From a virus (lineage: Duplodnaviria; Caudoviricetes), in the IMG/VR virus record IMGVR_UViG_3300036861_000520, positions 1 to 62,533 of that record: 62,533 nt of DNA. One strand, written 5' to 3'. A program made the translations under genes and the position numbers. This document shows positions 54,645 to 62,533 of the stretch, one piece after another; the first letter of the stretch is position 1, and every line of letters begins with the position of its first letter. A model generated the notes under the pieces. That model saw nothing but the letters and a program-made list of their open reading frames with translations. It was not told where the DNA came from and made no database searches.

Positions 54645-56162
54645 TTACCCTCCGAACGCAGGGAGCGCCTTCACGGCCGCGAGTTCGTCCCGCAGCTCCT
54701 CGATCTTGTTACCGGCCTGCCGAACCGCCCCCACGAGCAGCATCGCCAGCCGGGAGAAGTTTACCATACCGCGCGGTGCCGTCGGATCGTAGAAGTTCAC
54801 GATGCCGGCTGCCTGGAGCTCCTTCCGGTGTTCGTCGAGGAACGCTCCGAACTGCATCTTGACCGCATCGCCGCGCCGGTCAGCGAACTCGCTCTCCAAC
54901 GCGTTGAGGAGTGCGAGGTCATCGTGTTCGTCGAAAGCGATCCACTCGACGTCACCGTGGGCACTGCCCTCGGCGTCGAAAATGAACCGGGTCGTGGTCA
55001 GGTTGCGGATGACGAGGAGGTTCTCATCCGCGCCGCAGACGGCCGGGACGTTCGTCCCCTCGAGCGTGGCGTCGAGCGTGATGACCCCGATGCCCGCCAC
55101 GCTCTTCGTAGTGTCGGCCGCCGTCTCGTCCAGGACCCCCATAATCCGGACAGCGTGACCGCTCACGCCGTCCCCGTCCTTCAGCCCGGTGATCAGGAGC
55201 CCGCCCGCCGTGGCTTCCGCCTTCGCGAATGCGCCGTAAGTGTCGGTTTCCGCACCGCCGGCCCCGGTGGCCGCGTGAGCCACGTCCGAGGACTTCAGTT
55301 GGAGGATGCTGTCGTCAGCCGCGCCCTGGTTGATCGTGAGGCCGAGGGTTACCCCGGCATTGGACGTGTCGCCGATGTAGGCCGTGCCGTCGAGCCGCGT
55401 CGCTCCGGCGTCCACCCAGAAGGCCCAGTTCGCGGAGCCTTCGGTCGGCGCATCCACAACCCGGAGCGTCACCGCATCCGTCACCGTGCCGGTCGCCGTG
55501 ATGTTCGGCTCGTGGATGTTGAGCGACCCCACCACCGGAGCCGTTCCCGCCGGGATGGTCGTCGCACCCCCCGGAAGAATGGTCCCGTGGAAGTAGCTCT
55601 GGTTCGTGGTGACGCCCGACGCATTCGCGGGCGGGAGCAGAGCGAACATCGCCTGCGGGTTGGTGGGCACCGCGGCGCCGATGGACAGCTCTCCGTTCAA
55701 GCAGGCGCTGGCGTCGATATTGAAGAAGGCGGACAGGGCGTTGCTCTCGATGCGGAAGTCTACGTCCCCGCTCGCCTCGTTGAAGACGACTTCTCCCACT
55801 GCGGTGATGTCCAACGTGCCACCCACGCAGGCAATCTGCGCCTGCGTCCCGTTGTGGTTTCCAATCAGCAGGTAGTCCGTGGTCGGCGTCGTGTTGCTGT
55901 GGACCAGGACGGTCGGATCCGCGTTGTTCGTGAAGCCCCAGTCCGTGGCCCGCGCGCCCTTATCGGTGATGTGGAGTGTCTGGGTGGCGTCCGCGACGAA
56001 CAGGGTCGTACTCGGATCGGACACATCCGCTGCCGAGTAGAGGAGCCCGGCGAGGCTGCCCGTGCCCACATAGAGCGGCGTGCCGGTCGCGGAAACGCCG
56101 GGAGGTGATGCTTCCGCGTTGCCCAGGAACGCCCGCGGCAGAGTGTTGAGAGGGTCGCCCAT
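54645..56162 (-). CDS. Fibre/spike-like protein with C-terminal intramolecular-chaperone-like coiled coil
   Basis: Beta-rich body (DVDFRIES); ends VNFSRLAMLLVGAVRQAGNKIEELRDEL. Confidence 0.6.
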   Translation of the reverse strand: MGDPLNTLPRAFLGNAEASPPGVSATGTPLYVGTGSLAGLLYSAADVSDPSTTLFVADATQTLHITDKGARATDWGFTNNADPTVLVHSNTTPTTDYLLIGNHNGTQAQIACVGGTLDITAVGEVVFNEASGDVDFRIESNALSAFFNIDASACLNGELSIGAAVPTNPQAMFALLPPANASGVTTNQSYFHGTILPGGATTIPAGTAPVVGSLNIHEPNITATGTVTDAVTLRVVDAPTEGSANWAFWVDAGATRLDGTAYIGDTSNAGVTLGLTINQGAADDSILQLKSSDVAHAATGAGGAETDTYGAFAKAEATAGGLLITGLKDGDGVSGHAVRIMGVLDETAADTTKSVAGIGVITLDATLEGTNVPAVCGADENLLVIRNLTTTRFIFDAEGSAHGDVEWIAFDEHDDLALLNALESEFADRRGDAVKMQFGAFLDEHRKELQAAGIVNFYDPTAPRGMVNFSRLAMLLVGAVRQAGNKIEELRDELAAVKALPAFGG

Positions 56163-56228
56163 TTCAATTCTCCCCAAGTCACCCAGGCCGGATGTTACTC
56201 CGGCCCGAGCTTAGTAATACACTCTACT

Positions 56229-57356
56229 CTATGCGGTGATATCCAAAACCTGCGTCGCCGAGTTCTCGAGCTTCATCCAGCCTTCCCACACGCTCATGGT
56301 CGTGCGGTTGAGCTGGCGCTCGATGATGCGGTCGCTCTCCTCCAGCATGTCGCCTTCCTGCAGGCGGGCCGCCGCGAACCGGCTGTCCACTGCGAGGATA
56401 CGGTCCGTGGAGAAGGTCGTGCTGCCGGTGCTCGTCCAGCGATGGAACCGCGCCCCGAGGATGTCCATTCCAGCCGGGTCGAGGCCGCGGTCCTGGAACT
56501 TCACCCGCACGAGCGGATCCATGAACTGGCTCATGTTCAGGATGGTTCTCGTGTTGACATCGTTGATGATGGCGCGGTCCATCTGGTAGCCGATGGGGAA
56601 CGCCTGCAGGAGCCGAACGAGCTCGTCGTAATCGAGCGTGCCGCTGACTTCCGCATCCGTATCCACAACCGTGGAGCCGGACGTGCCGTCACCGGCGAGC
56701 AGGACTTCGATCATGTCGTCCGTCTGATCGATGCCCATCTGGATACCCGCCCGCTGCAGGTGGAGTGCCACCTGGTTGACCCGCATCCGCCGCGCCGTCT
56801 CGTACGACCACTTAAGCTGGAAGCCGTACTTGTAGAGCTGGACGCTGCCTTCCGCGCGCGCCAGCACGAGTTCAGCCAGTTCCGAGCCCTCACCGGAGAG
56901 GGATGCCCGGCGCTGGCTGGCCGTCTCGTTCATCGTGATCTTCTCGACCACCTGCTGATCGACCCGCTCGTCCATCGCGACGAAGAACGGGACCAGCGAC
57001 CCGGCCAACTGGCCCGCGATGATGCTGTTCGCGAGGAACGCCGGGAACAGGTTGCTGTCGTTCACGCTCTCGAAGAACGCTTTCTCGATCCGGTCGCGCC
57101 CCTGGATCTTGCGCTCCGTGAGGCACTTGCCGAGCGCCGCCGCCTGCTCCGCATGATCGTAGATCGCTGAGGCCCGATAGGAGCCGTCGTCGGCCTGCTT
57201 GAGCTGCTTGAGCTTGCGCTGGTAGACCTTCTCGACTTCTGGCGGCTCCGGCTCGACCTGCTCCGCCATGTACTGCAGGGGAGTGATCCCCTTCGTCCTG
57301 GCATCCAGGTAGAAGCCCTTGTCGGCATTCTTCAGGAATTCAGTGGTCTTGCTCAT
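56229..57356 (-). CDS. Major capsid protein (HK97 fold)
   Basis: 375 aa; GEGSEL...VQLYKYGFQLKWSYE; follows protease and decoration genes. Confidence 0.85.
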   Translation of the reverse strand: MSKTTEFLKNADKGFYLDARTKGITPLQYMAEQVEPEPPEVEKVYQRKLKQLKQADDGSYRASAIYDHAEQAAALGKCLTERKIQGRDRIEKAFFESVNDSNLFPAFLANSIIAGQLAGSLVPFFVAMDERVDQQVVEKITMNETASQRRASLSGEGSELAELVLARAEGSVQLYKYGFQLKWSYETARRMRVNQVALHLQRAGIQMGIDQTDDMIEVLLAGDGTSGSTVVDTDAEVSGTLDYDELVRLLQAFPIGYQMDRAIINDVNTRTILNMSQFMDPLVRVKFQDRGLDPAGMDILGARFHRWTSTGSTTFSTDRILAVDSRFAAARLQEGDMLEESDRIIERQLNRTTMSVWEGWMKLENSATQVLDITA

Positions 57357-57361
57357 TGCCG

Positions 57362-57814
57362 TTAGCTCCCGAATACCAGGCAGTCGAGGGTGCCGGTAGT
57401 GCCGGTGCCCGCCGTCTCCGCGATGACGACCAGCGGCCCGGTCGTGGCGGCCGCGTCGTAGTTGCCGTCGTTGCCGTCCGTGCCGTCCACAATCGCGGAC
57501 TGCAGGAGCGCCGTCGTGGACACGTCGTCCGTGGGAACCTGCACGACCCGGATAGCGTCGAGCCACTTCACCACGCAGTAGCCGCGAGCCGTGCCCGACG
57601 CCGCGAGTTCGATCTTCACGATGACGCCCAGGCGGTGGGTGTCGTTGTTCGCCGCCGCCTTGACGTAGTAATTGCCGGTCGCCGAGGGAGTGACGATCCC
57701 CCCGACCACCGGAACCGTCGTGCCGCCCCCGGTGTAGTCAGCCAGGGTGAACGCGTGCATCAGGACCAACTCCGGTCCTCGCTCCCCAATCATTGCCCTC
57801 GATGGATGCGCCAT
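57362..57814 (-). CDS. Capsid decoration/cement protein
   Basis: 150 aa beta-rich, directly upstream of the capsid gene. Confidence 0.6.
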   Translation of the reverse strand: MAHPSRAMIGERGPELVLMHAFTLADYTGGGTTVPVVGGIVTPSATGNYYVKAAANNDTHRLGVIVKIELAASGTARGYCVVKWLDAIRVVQVPTDDVSTTALLQSAIVDGTDGNDGNYDAAATTGPLVVIAETAGTGTTGTLDCLVFGS

Positions 57815-57816
57815 CC

Positions 57817-58023
57817 CTAGCCTCCTGCCGCAAGTGCGGCGGCCCGTTCCAACGTCGTCTCTGCCGGCTCACCCGGCACCCCAACTAAAAGCCCCAGATA
57901 CCGGCCGTGGATCACCGCCCCACGGTCCAACCGCTCATACACTGCCCACCACTGCGCGCCCGCCGCGGACGCCGGAACCAGGATCACCGGCCCGAGCGCG
58001 AGGTTGTGCGCCAGATCAGACAA
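57817..58023 (-). CDS. Hypothetical protein
   Basis: Fills the gap between protease and decoration genes; TTG start inferred. Confidence 0.4.
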   Translation of the reverse strand: MSDLAHNLALGPVILVPASAAGAQWWAVYERLDRGAVIHGRYLGLLVGVPGEPAETTLERAAALAAGG

Positions 58024-59419
58024 AGGCCGCGTCCCGCGCTGCCTGCTTCGGAGCCTGCTCGTCCTCGTCCCGGATGCTGGTGTCCCCACTCGTGCCGGCC
58101 GGGAACTTGGCGAGGACCGCCGCCGCCTTCGCGTCCGCGAGCTTCATCAGCTTCTCGTAGTCGCGCTGTTCGGAGAGGTGCTCGGTGATGAGCGCCAGTT
58201 CCGCGTTCTCGGCGGTGCCCGTCAGGCGGAAGTCGTCATCGAGGATGGACTTCACCGTCCGCGCGAGCGCCTTCCGGCCGATCTCCGCCACCGGCTCCAG
58301 CGCTTTCACCTGGGCTTCCAGATCGAGAGCCCGCTTCTCGACGGCTGCGAGTTTCTCTGCGGAGCCGTCCTGGTCGGCCCGGCTGGTCTCCAGCGCCTTC
58401 AGGCACGCGGCCTCGTCGGCGTCGTCGGCCAGGCCGAACATCTTGCGAAGCTTCTCCAACATCACTTCATCCTCCGCGGCGTCCGGGTGACCGCCTGTCA
58501 ATGCGCCGAAAAACCGTTCAAGATCCGCCGGGGTCCCGCTTACAACAGAAGACTTGCCGCCCGAAGAGAACCCCCACACTCGCTGCTTGCTGCCGAACTG
58601 GCGAGCGAGCCCTTCCGCGACCTTGAGCGCGACCTCATCAATGCCGTAAGGCGTCGAGCAGAGCGCTCGCACATCCACCGCCCCATCCGCGCACATCTCG
58701 TAGGCCTTGCGGATGCGGGCATTCGGCTGCGCGCCGAGGTAGACGATGCTCGTCTCTACCGCCTCAACGTGACGCTGGATCTCCTCGGCCGTGCCGCTGT
58801 AGGTCAGCGTGACCAGCGGCGAGTCGGGATTGTCGCGTTCCGCCGGATAGCCTGCCCAATGCGGACAATCCGAGAAGTACGACTTCTTGCACACATCGCA
58901 GTTGATGTCCGCGTAGGAGAAGCCGATCGAAACTGAGTTGTAAACGCCCTGCCGGATGCGGGCGTCCATCGGCTCCGAGGCCGCGTCCTTCGGGTAGTAG
59001 AAGCCTGCCGAGAGGACATTGACCTTCCGCCGCTTGGTCTCGAAGCCGGGCACCGGCTCCACCGCAAGCGACTTTCCACCCGGCTGGACGAAGATCGGGT
59101 GATCCTGCATCCGGCTCACCACCTCGGCGGAGTGGAACTTGCCGAGCGGCAGCGCCCCGCGCGTCTGGTGGCCCGCCATCAGCCCCTTGCCGGGGAGCGT
59201 CTCCGCGAACCGCTGGAGATACTCGACTGGGAACCGCTCTAGCGTCCGGTCGTACTGGTCGTGGCACACATCCATCTGCCGGATGGTGACCTCGTCCGCC
59301 GCGACCGGCTCGAGGGTGTGCTGGTTCACCGCCGCGAGCGCCGCCGCGTCAACCTCGGCCGCTTTGAACGCGGTCCCCAGGTCTCGCAGGTCGAATTCGC
59401 GGACACGGATGTGGGACAT
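58016..59419 (-). CDS. Prohead protease-scaffold fusion
   Basis: DRTLERF, GH, SVSIGF..CDVC, C.H..G, ETSIVYLGAQ; C-terminal coiled-coil scaffold. Confidence 0.85.
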   Translation of the reverse strand: MSHIRVREFDLRDLGTAFKAAEVDAAALAAVNQHTLEPVAADEVTIRQMDVCHDQYDRTLERFPVEYLQRFAETLPGKGLMAGHQTRGALPLGKFHSAEVVSRMQDHPIFVQPGGKSLAVEPVPGFETKRRKVNVLSAGFYYPKDAASEPMDARIRQGVYNSVSIGFSYADINCDVCKKSYFSDCPHWAGYPAERDNPDSPLVTLTYSGTAEEIQRHVEAVETSIVYLGAQPNARIRKAYEMCADGAVDVRALCSTPYGIDEVALKVAEGLARQFGSKQRVWGFSSGGKSSVVSGTPADLERFFGALTGGHPDAAEDEVMLEKLRKMFGLADDADEAACLKALETSRADQDGSAEKLAAVEKRALDLEAQVKALEPVAEIGRKALARTVKSILDDDFRLTGTAENAELALITEHLSEQRDYEKLMKLADAKAAAVLAKFPAGTSGDTSIRDEDEQAPKQAARDAAFV

Positions 59420-59435
59420 TGGCTCCCAGAAATGC

Positions 59436-59469
59436 AAAAAGGCCAGGCACCCATAAGGGCACCCGGCCT
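59436..59469 (-). terminator. Intrinsic terminator just upstream of the protease gene
   Basis: AGGCCGGGTGCCC-TTAT-GGGTGCCTGGCCT followed by TTTT on the minus strand. Confidence 0.65.
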
Positions 59470-59500
59470 GCCGTTCGACGGCTCAGACGGTTCTAGATCC

Positions 59501-59513
59501 TATTCTAACACGC
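59501..59513 (-). promoter_or_regulatory. Putative late promoter motif GCGTGTTAGAATA
   Basis: Exact copy of 6231-6243. Confidence 0.6.
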
Positions 59514-59534
59514 TAGATCACATTCCTGCCCACT

Positions 59535-59939
59535 TCACCCGCGGCGTGGCAGACGAAGGCTCTTGAGCACCATCTCCCACGGCCGATACGCGCGACCCTG
59601 TTCGAGCCTGCTCCCGTCCAGCCAACCACGGTTGAGCATCCAGTGGATAGTGGTCCACATCCGATCCTCGCCCCAAGCGAGCATTCGCCACATAGCCCAG
59701 GTGATCCACCGCCACCCATCAACCCTCGCAATCTGATGCTGCCGGCGAAGCAGATCAACCCGACCGGTAACCCGCAGGTCAGGGCCAAACCGTTCATCCT
59801 CACCGATCCATACAGGCTTCCACGTCGGCCCGACCCACCAGATCTCTCTGCCGAAATTGTAGAGTTGAGGAGTGGTGATCCGATGGCGCGCCCGCGCGCC
59901 AGTCTCGTCGCGCTCCCAGGCCTGGACTGTCCTGATCAT
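59535..59939 (-). CDS. Trp-rich hypothetical protein
   Basis: Coupled ORF. Confidence 0.55.
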   Translation of the reverse strand: MIRTVQAWERDETGARARHRITTPQLYNFGREIWWVGPTWKPVWIGEDERFGPDLRVTGRVDLLRRQHQIARVDGWRWITWAMWRMLAWGEDRMWTTIHWMLNRGWLDGSRLEQGRAYRPWEMVLKSLRLPRRG

Positions 59940-60121
59940 CGTCTCCTCCTCCCGAAGTCGCGTGACTGCCGGGTGTCCGTAAACTGGATCGGCCGGCCGT
60001 CCTGGATGGTGATCTTCACCTCGCCGTGGTCTATCGCCTGCCCGACCTGCCGCGCCAGATCGAGCACCTCATCCCACTCCCGCTCGGCGGCGGTCTGCGG
60101 CAGACGGAGCGGCTGGCTCAC
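59936..60121 (-). CDS. DUF2292/YezD-like small protein
   Basis: IDHGEVKITIQDGRPIQF pattern. Confidence 0.55.
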   Translation of the reverse strand: MSQPLRLPQTAAEREWDEVLDLARQVGQAIDHGEVKITIQDGRPIQFTDTRQSRDFGRRRR

Positions 60122-60348
60122 TTCAGCACCTTATTCATCGTGGTCCGCAGTTCTTCCACGGCAGCTTCCATCGTCAAGAGCGTTTCTCGGATGCCTTCCA
60201 AGTGTTGGCACTCCGATCCTGGACCGTCACGCAGTGCGAGCTTGAATGAGATCGCTAGATTGGCGCCGGTGTTCTCCAGCCAGTTACCCCACTGCTCGCC
60301 TGACTGCAATCGCGAGAGTTTCTCTGCTGGCCAGTATTTCCGGCTCAC
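60118..60348 (-). CDS. Hypothetical protein
   Basis: GTGA-coupled (VSRKYWP). Confidence 0.5.
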   Translation of the reverse strand: MSRKYWPAEKLSRLQSGEQWGNWLENTGANLAISFKLALRDGPGSECQHLEGIRETLLTMEAAVEELRTTMNKVLK

Positions 60349-60503
60349 TTCGTCCCTCGCTTCGGCCCGTGGATCAGGATCACCTGCCCGCACGGACACA
60401 CGACCTTGCCGACCGTGCTCTCGTGCTGCCGCCCGCACTTGGGACACGCCACGAGGTGCACGTGCTCCGGGGGGATGAGATCGAACCGCGGTTTCGGTGT
60501 CAT
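60345..60503 (-). CDS. 52 aa zinc-ribbon microprotein
   Basis: Manual translation ...ACPKCGRQHESTVGKVVCPCG...; coupled at both ends. Confidence 0.55.
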   Translation of the reverse strand: MTPKPRFDLIPPEHVHLVACPKCGRQHESTVGKVVCPCGQVILIHGPKRGTK

Positions 60504-61531
60504 AGGTTATCGCCCCACCACGCCTTCTGTTCTTCTGCGGTCCAATGCTGATACCGGATGCGTTCTTCCGGCATCCCTCTTGCGCGGTACTCCGCGTCGG
60601 CCGCTTCACAATCGCCGTGCTCCGCGCAAGACCGCACACCAGGCTCCCACCCGGTGCGAACGCTTCTTACGAATGACTGGCCTTCTGTATCTATTACAGG
60701 AATGCAAGAACAGTAGCAGTTAGGGTGCAGAGGCGGCTGGTTCTCCAGGTCGTCTATGGAGTAGGTATTCCCGATGCGGTCAGTGCAGGTCTCGTCGGTG
60801 TTGGGGTCACCGATCACCTCGACCCGGCTCACTCCGTGCTGCCGATACATCTCACGCGTGGCCGTCTCGGCGCTGACTGCCATTTCCGTACGTGTGATCG
60901 TGCGGAGCCGCCCCTGTTCATACCCGGACAGGTTCCGGCCCAGATCGGCAGCGACCTTCAGTGGGGAGTCGCCGGCTGCCGCGCCGTCGATCATCGCCTG
61001 CCTGATCTCGTCCAGCCGCTTCTCGAAGCGCAGTCTACCATTCTCCGAGAGCCGCGCAAAGGACTGCTCCAACAGCACCCGCCGCTGACCCGCCGCCAGT
61101 TCCGGGTTCGGGATGTCCGCGTTCAGGAGCTCGATGGCGCGCCCTGCCCCTACCCGGTGCGCGAGGAAGACCGACTCCTGCACTTGGCCCTGCTCCCCGT
61201 TCGGATCGGTGAAGCCGAGATAGCCCGCCGACGGTCCGCGGAAGTCGCCGAGGAACCGCTCGATGGCAGCATCCACGTTGTCAACTTGGGTCTGCGTCAG
61301 CGCGTCTTTCCCGGCCTGCTTCCACGACTGAACCAGTCGCCCGCGCAGGCTCGTCTCCTTCGGATCACCGAGACCGAGCGCCGCGAACCAGGCCCGTCGG
61401 AGCGTGGCGAAGGACGCCCGCACCTGTCCCCACTGGCCGTTCAGCGCCTCGGCCAGTGCCTCGTATTGAGGATGCTCGTTGGCTGCCGCCGTCAGCGGAG
61501 CCGCTTTCGGCTTGCGCATCAGGATCGTCAT
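60500..61531 (-). CDS. MuF/SPP1 gp7-like minor head protein
   Basis: RLRTITRTE, TDETC, PPLHPNCYCS. Confidence 0.85.
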   Translation of the reverse strand: MTILMRKPKAAPLTAAANEHPQYEALAEALNGQWGQVRASFATLRRAWFAALGLGDPKETSLRGRLVQSWKQAGKDALTQTQVDNVDAAIERFLGDFRGPSAGYLGFTDPNGEQGQVQESVFLAHRVGAGRAIELLNADIPNPELAAGQRRVLLEQSFARLSENGRLRFEKRLDEIRQAMIDGAAAGDSPLKVAADLGRNLSGYEQGRLRTITRTEMAVSAETATREMYRQHGVSRVEVIGDPNTDETCTDRIGNTYSIDDLENQPPLHPNCYCSCIPVIDTEGQSFVRSVRTGWEPGVRSCAEHGDCEAADAEYRARGMPEERIRYQHWTAEEQKAWWGDNL

Positions 61532-62406
61532 AGCAGATCGTGCAGGTCAGCCGTGCTCTGTGAAGGCACGGTAATGGCTCCGTTGATCTTGCAGAGGCCG
61601 CAGGTGACGAGGTAGTCCGTCGAGTCGCCGCTGTTCTCCGGAACGAGCAGCGCACTCCGGATGAGATCGGCCTGGAAGTATCCGCTCGCGTTGGTGGTGA
61701 CGGTCACCTCGGCGTGCCGCAGGATGATACCCGCCGCGAGGACCTCCCCGCGTGCCTTCAGCCGGAAGGTGATGTCCACCGACGCCGCCACCGAATTGTC
61801 CGGCAGCCGCAGGTAGCCGTACACCCGGCAGAGAGCCGGATCGCTCGGGGCGCTGATCGTGGTCCGCGTCAGGGTGTAAGTGGCCGTAGTGGTCCCGCTC
61901 ACCGTCAGCGTTTGGGCCGCGAGTGCGTCATAAGCAGGCGTACTGGTCACCAGCGCTTTGTATGAGCCGTCGTCCAGGTTAAAGACCACGGTGCCGAGTA
62001 GGCCGGTCACACCAGCCGCAATGACCGCCGTTTGGGCGCTGTTCTTGATCGTCACGCCTGCCCCGACGATGACCGCGGCCGCGTCGTCCACCACCGTGAT
62101 CGTCACCGTGTTTGCGCCGCCACCCCCGCCGCCGCCCCAGGACCCGGCATCGTGGTTGGTGGTCAGGAGCGTGTCAACCGCCGCGGCGATCTCGGTTCCC
62201 GCATCAGCCGCCAGCGCATCGGCGTCGATGGCACCGGTAGCCACTGCGGCGGCAGTCACCACTCCGGCAGCCATCGCTCCCACACTGGCATCCATCCGGC
62301 CGCCGACCAACACTGCCGGAACGCGCGTCTGGATGTCCTGCGTGTCCGTCTCGACGTCCGTGGCTGTCTTGACCTTCGTCGCCGAGAGGTCCACAACCGT
62401 GGTCGG
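61528..62406 (-). CDS. 3' part of the junction-spanning fibre-like protein, with C-terminal Ig/carboxypeptidase-regulatory-like beta domains
   Basis: In frame with 1..1296; second copy of DIQTRxPAVLVxGRMDASVGA; poly-Gly linker followed by beta-rich domains. Confidence 0.8.
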   Translation of the reverse strand, partial: PTTVVDLSATKVKTATDVETDTQDIQTRVPAVLVGGRMDASVGAMAAGVVTAAAVATGAIDADALAADAGTEIAAAVDTLLTTNHDAGSWGGGGGGGANTVTITVVDDAAAVIVGAGVTIKNSAQTAVIAAGVTGLLGTVVFNLDDGSYKALVTSTPAYDALAAQTLTVSGTTTATYTLTRTTISAPSDPALCRVYGYLRLPDNSVAASVDITFRLKARGEVLAAGIILRHAEVTVTTNASGYFQADLIRSALLVPENSGDSTDYLVTCGLCKINGAITVPSQSTADLHDLL

Positions 62407-62533
62407 CGCCCCGATGTTGGCCCAATCGATACCCGCCTCCCCAGTGGCCGTGACGTCCAGCGTCCTGCTCGCCACGGTGGGCTTCAGGGCGCCGTAGTCG
62501 GAAAGCGCGGTATCCGCCTCGGCGTTGACATCC
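62407..62533. repeat. 127-bp terminal direct repeat, right copy
   Basis: Identical to 1-127. Confidence 0.95.

Noticed and set aside
60345-60503. Suspected frameshift at the G6 run 60469-60474
   Set aside because: Recounting shows the zinc-ribbon ORF is in frame
1-62533. Genome-wide TGA reassignment (alternative genetic code)
   Set aside because: Most genes end in TGA with ATGA/GTGA coupling and all long core genes are intact under code 11; only two internal TGAs were found
1-62533. tRNA or rRNA genes
   Set aside because: No convincing cloverleaf with T-loop consensus seen in intergenic regions by eye; tRNAscan-SE not run

Overview
The window looks like a complete, circularly assembled, high-GC tailed phage genome of about 62.4 kb. 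Bases 1-127 are identical to 62407-62533 and one gene reads through the junction. A siphovirus is likely because no tail sheath gene is visible. The minus strand carries the virion genes in two arms. The first arm runs terminase small/large, portal, two large fibre/adhesin-like genes, MuF, prohead protease, capsid; it is preceded by two tandem PLD-motif genes. The second arm runs neck, tail tube, chaperone, short tape measure, tail tip. A separate minus-strand lysis/membrane block includes a GH19 endolysin. The plus strand carries early cassettes behind sigma70-type promoters (RadC/JAB, acidic microproteins, PadR-like, MraZ-like), replication genes (SSB-like, prim-pol, iteron-like origin, UvrD, RusA-like) and a nucleic-acid modification cluster (SNF2, amino-MTase, NDT, ASCH, two PAPS-reductase-family genes, multi-module C5 MTase). 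I saw no integrase, DNA polymerase, tRNA, CRISPR array or reverse transcriptase. The most unusual signals are: (1) two homologous RNA leaders in which an upstream hairpin loop is exactly complementary to a terminator loop, with a different 7-nt code in each copy, in front of the replication genes; (2) three paralogous small HTH regulators, two of them next to their own palindromic operator sets; (3) two genes interrupted by in-frame TGA, one followed by a SECIS-like hairpin. All assignments come from motifs read by eye; no searches were run.
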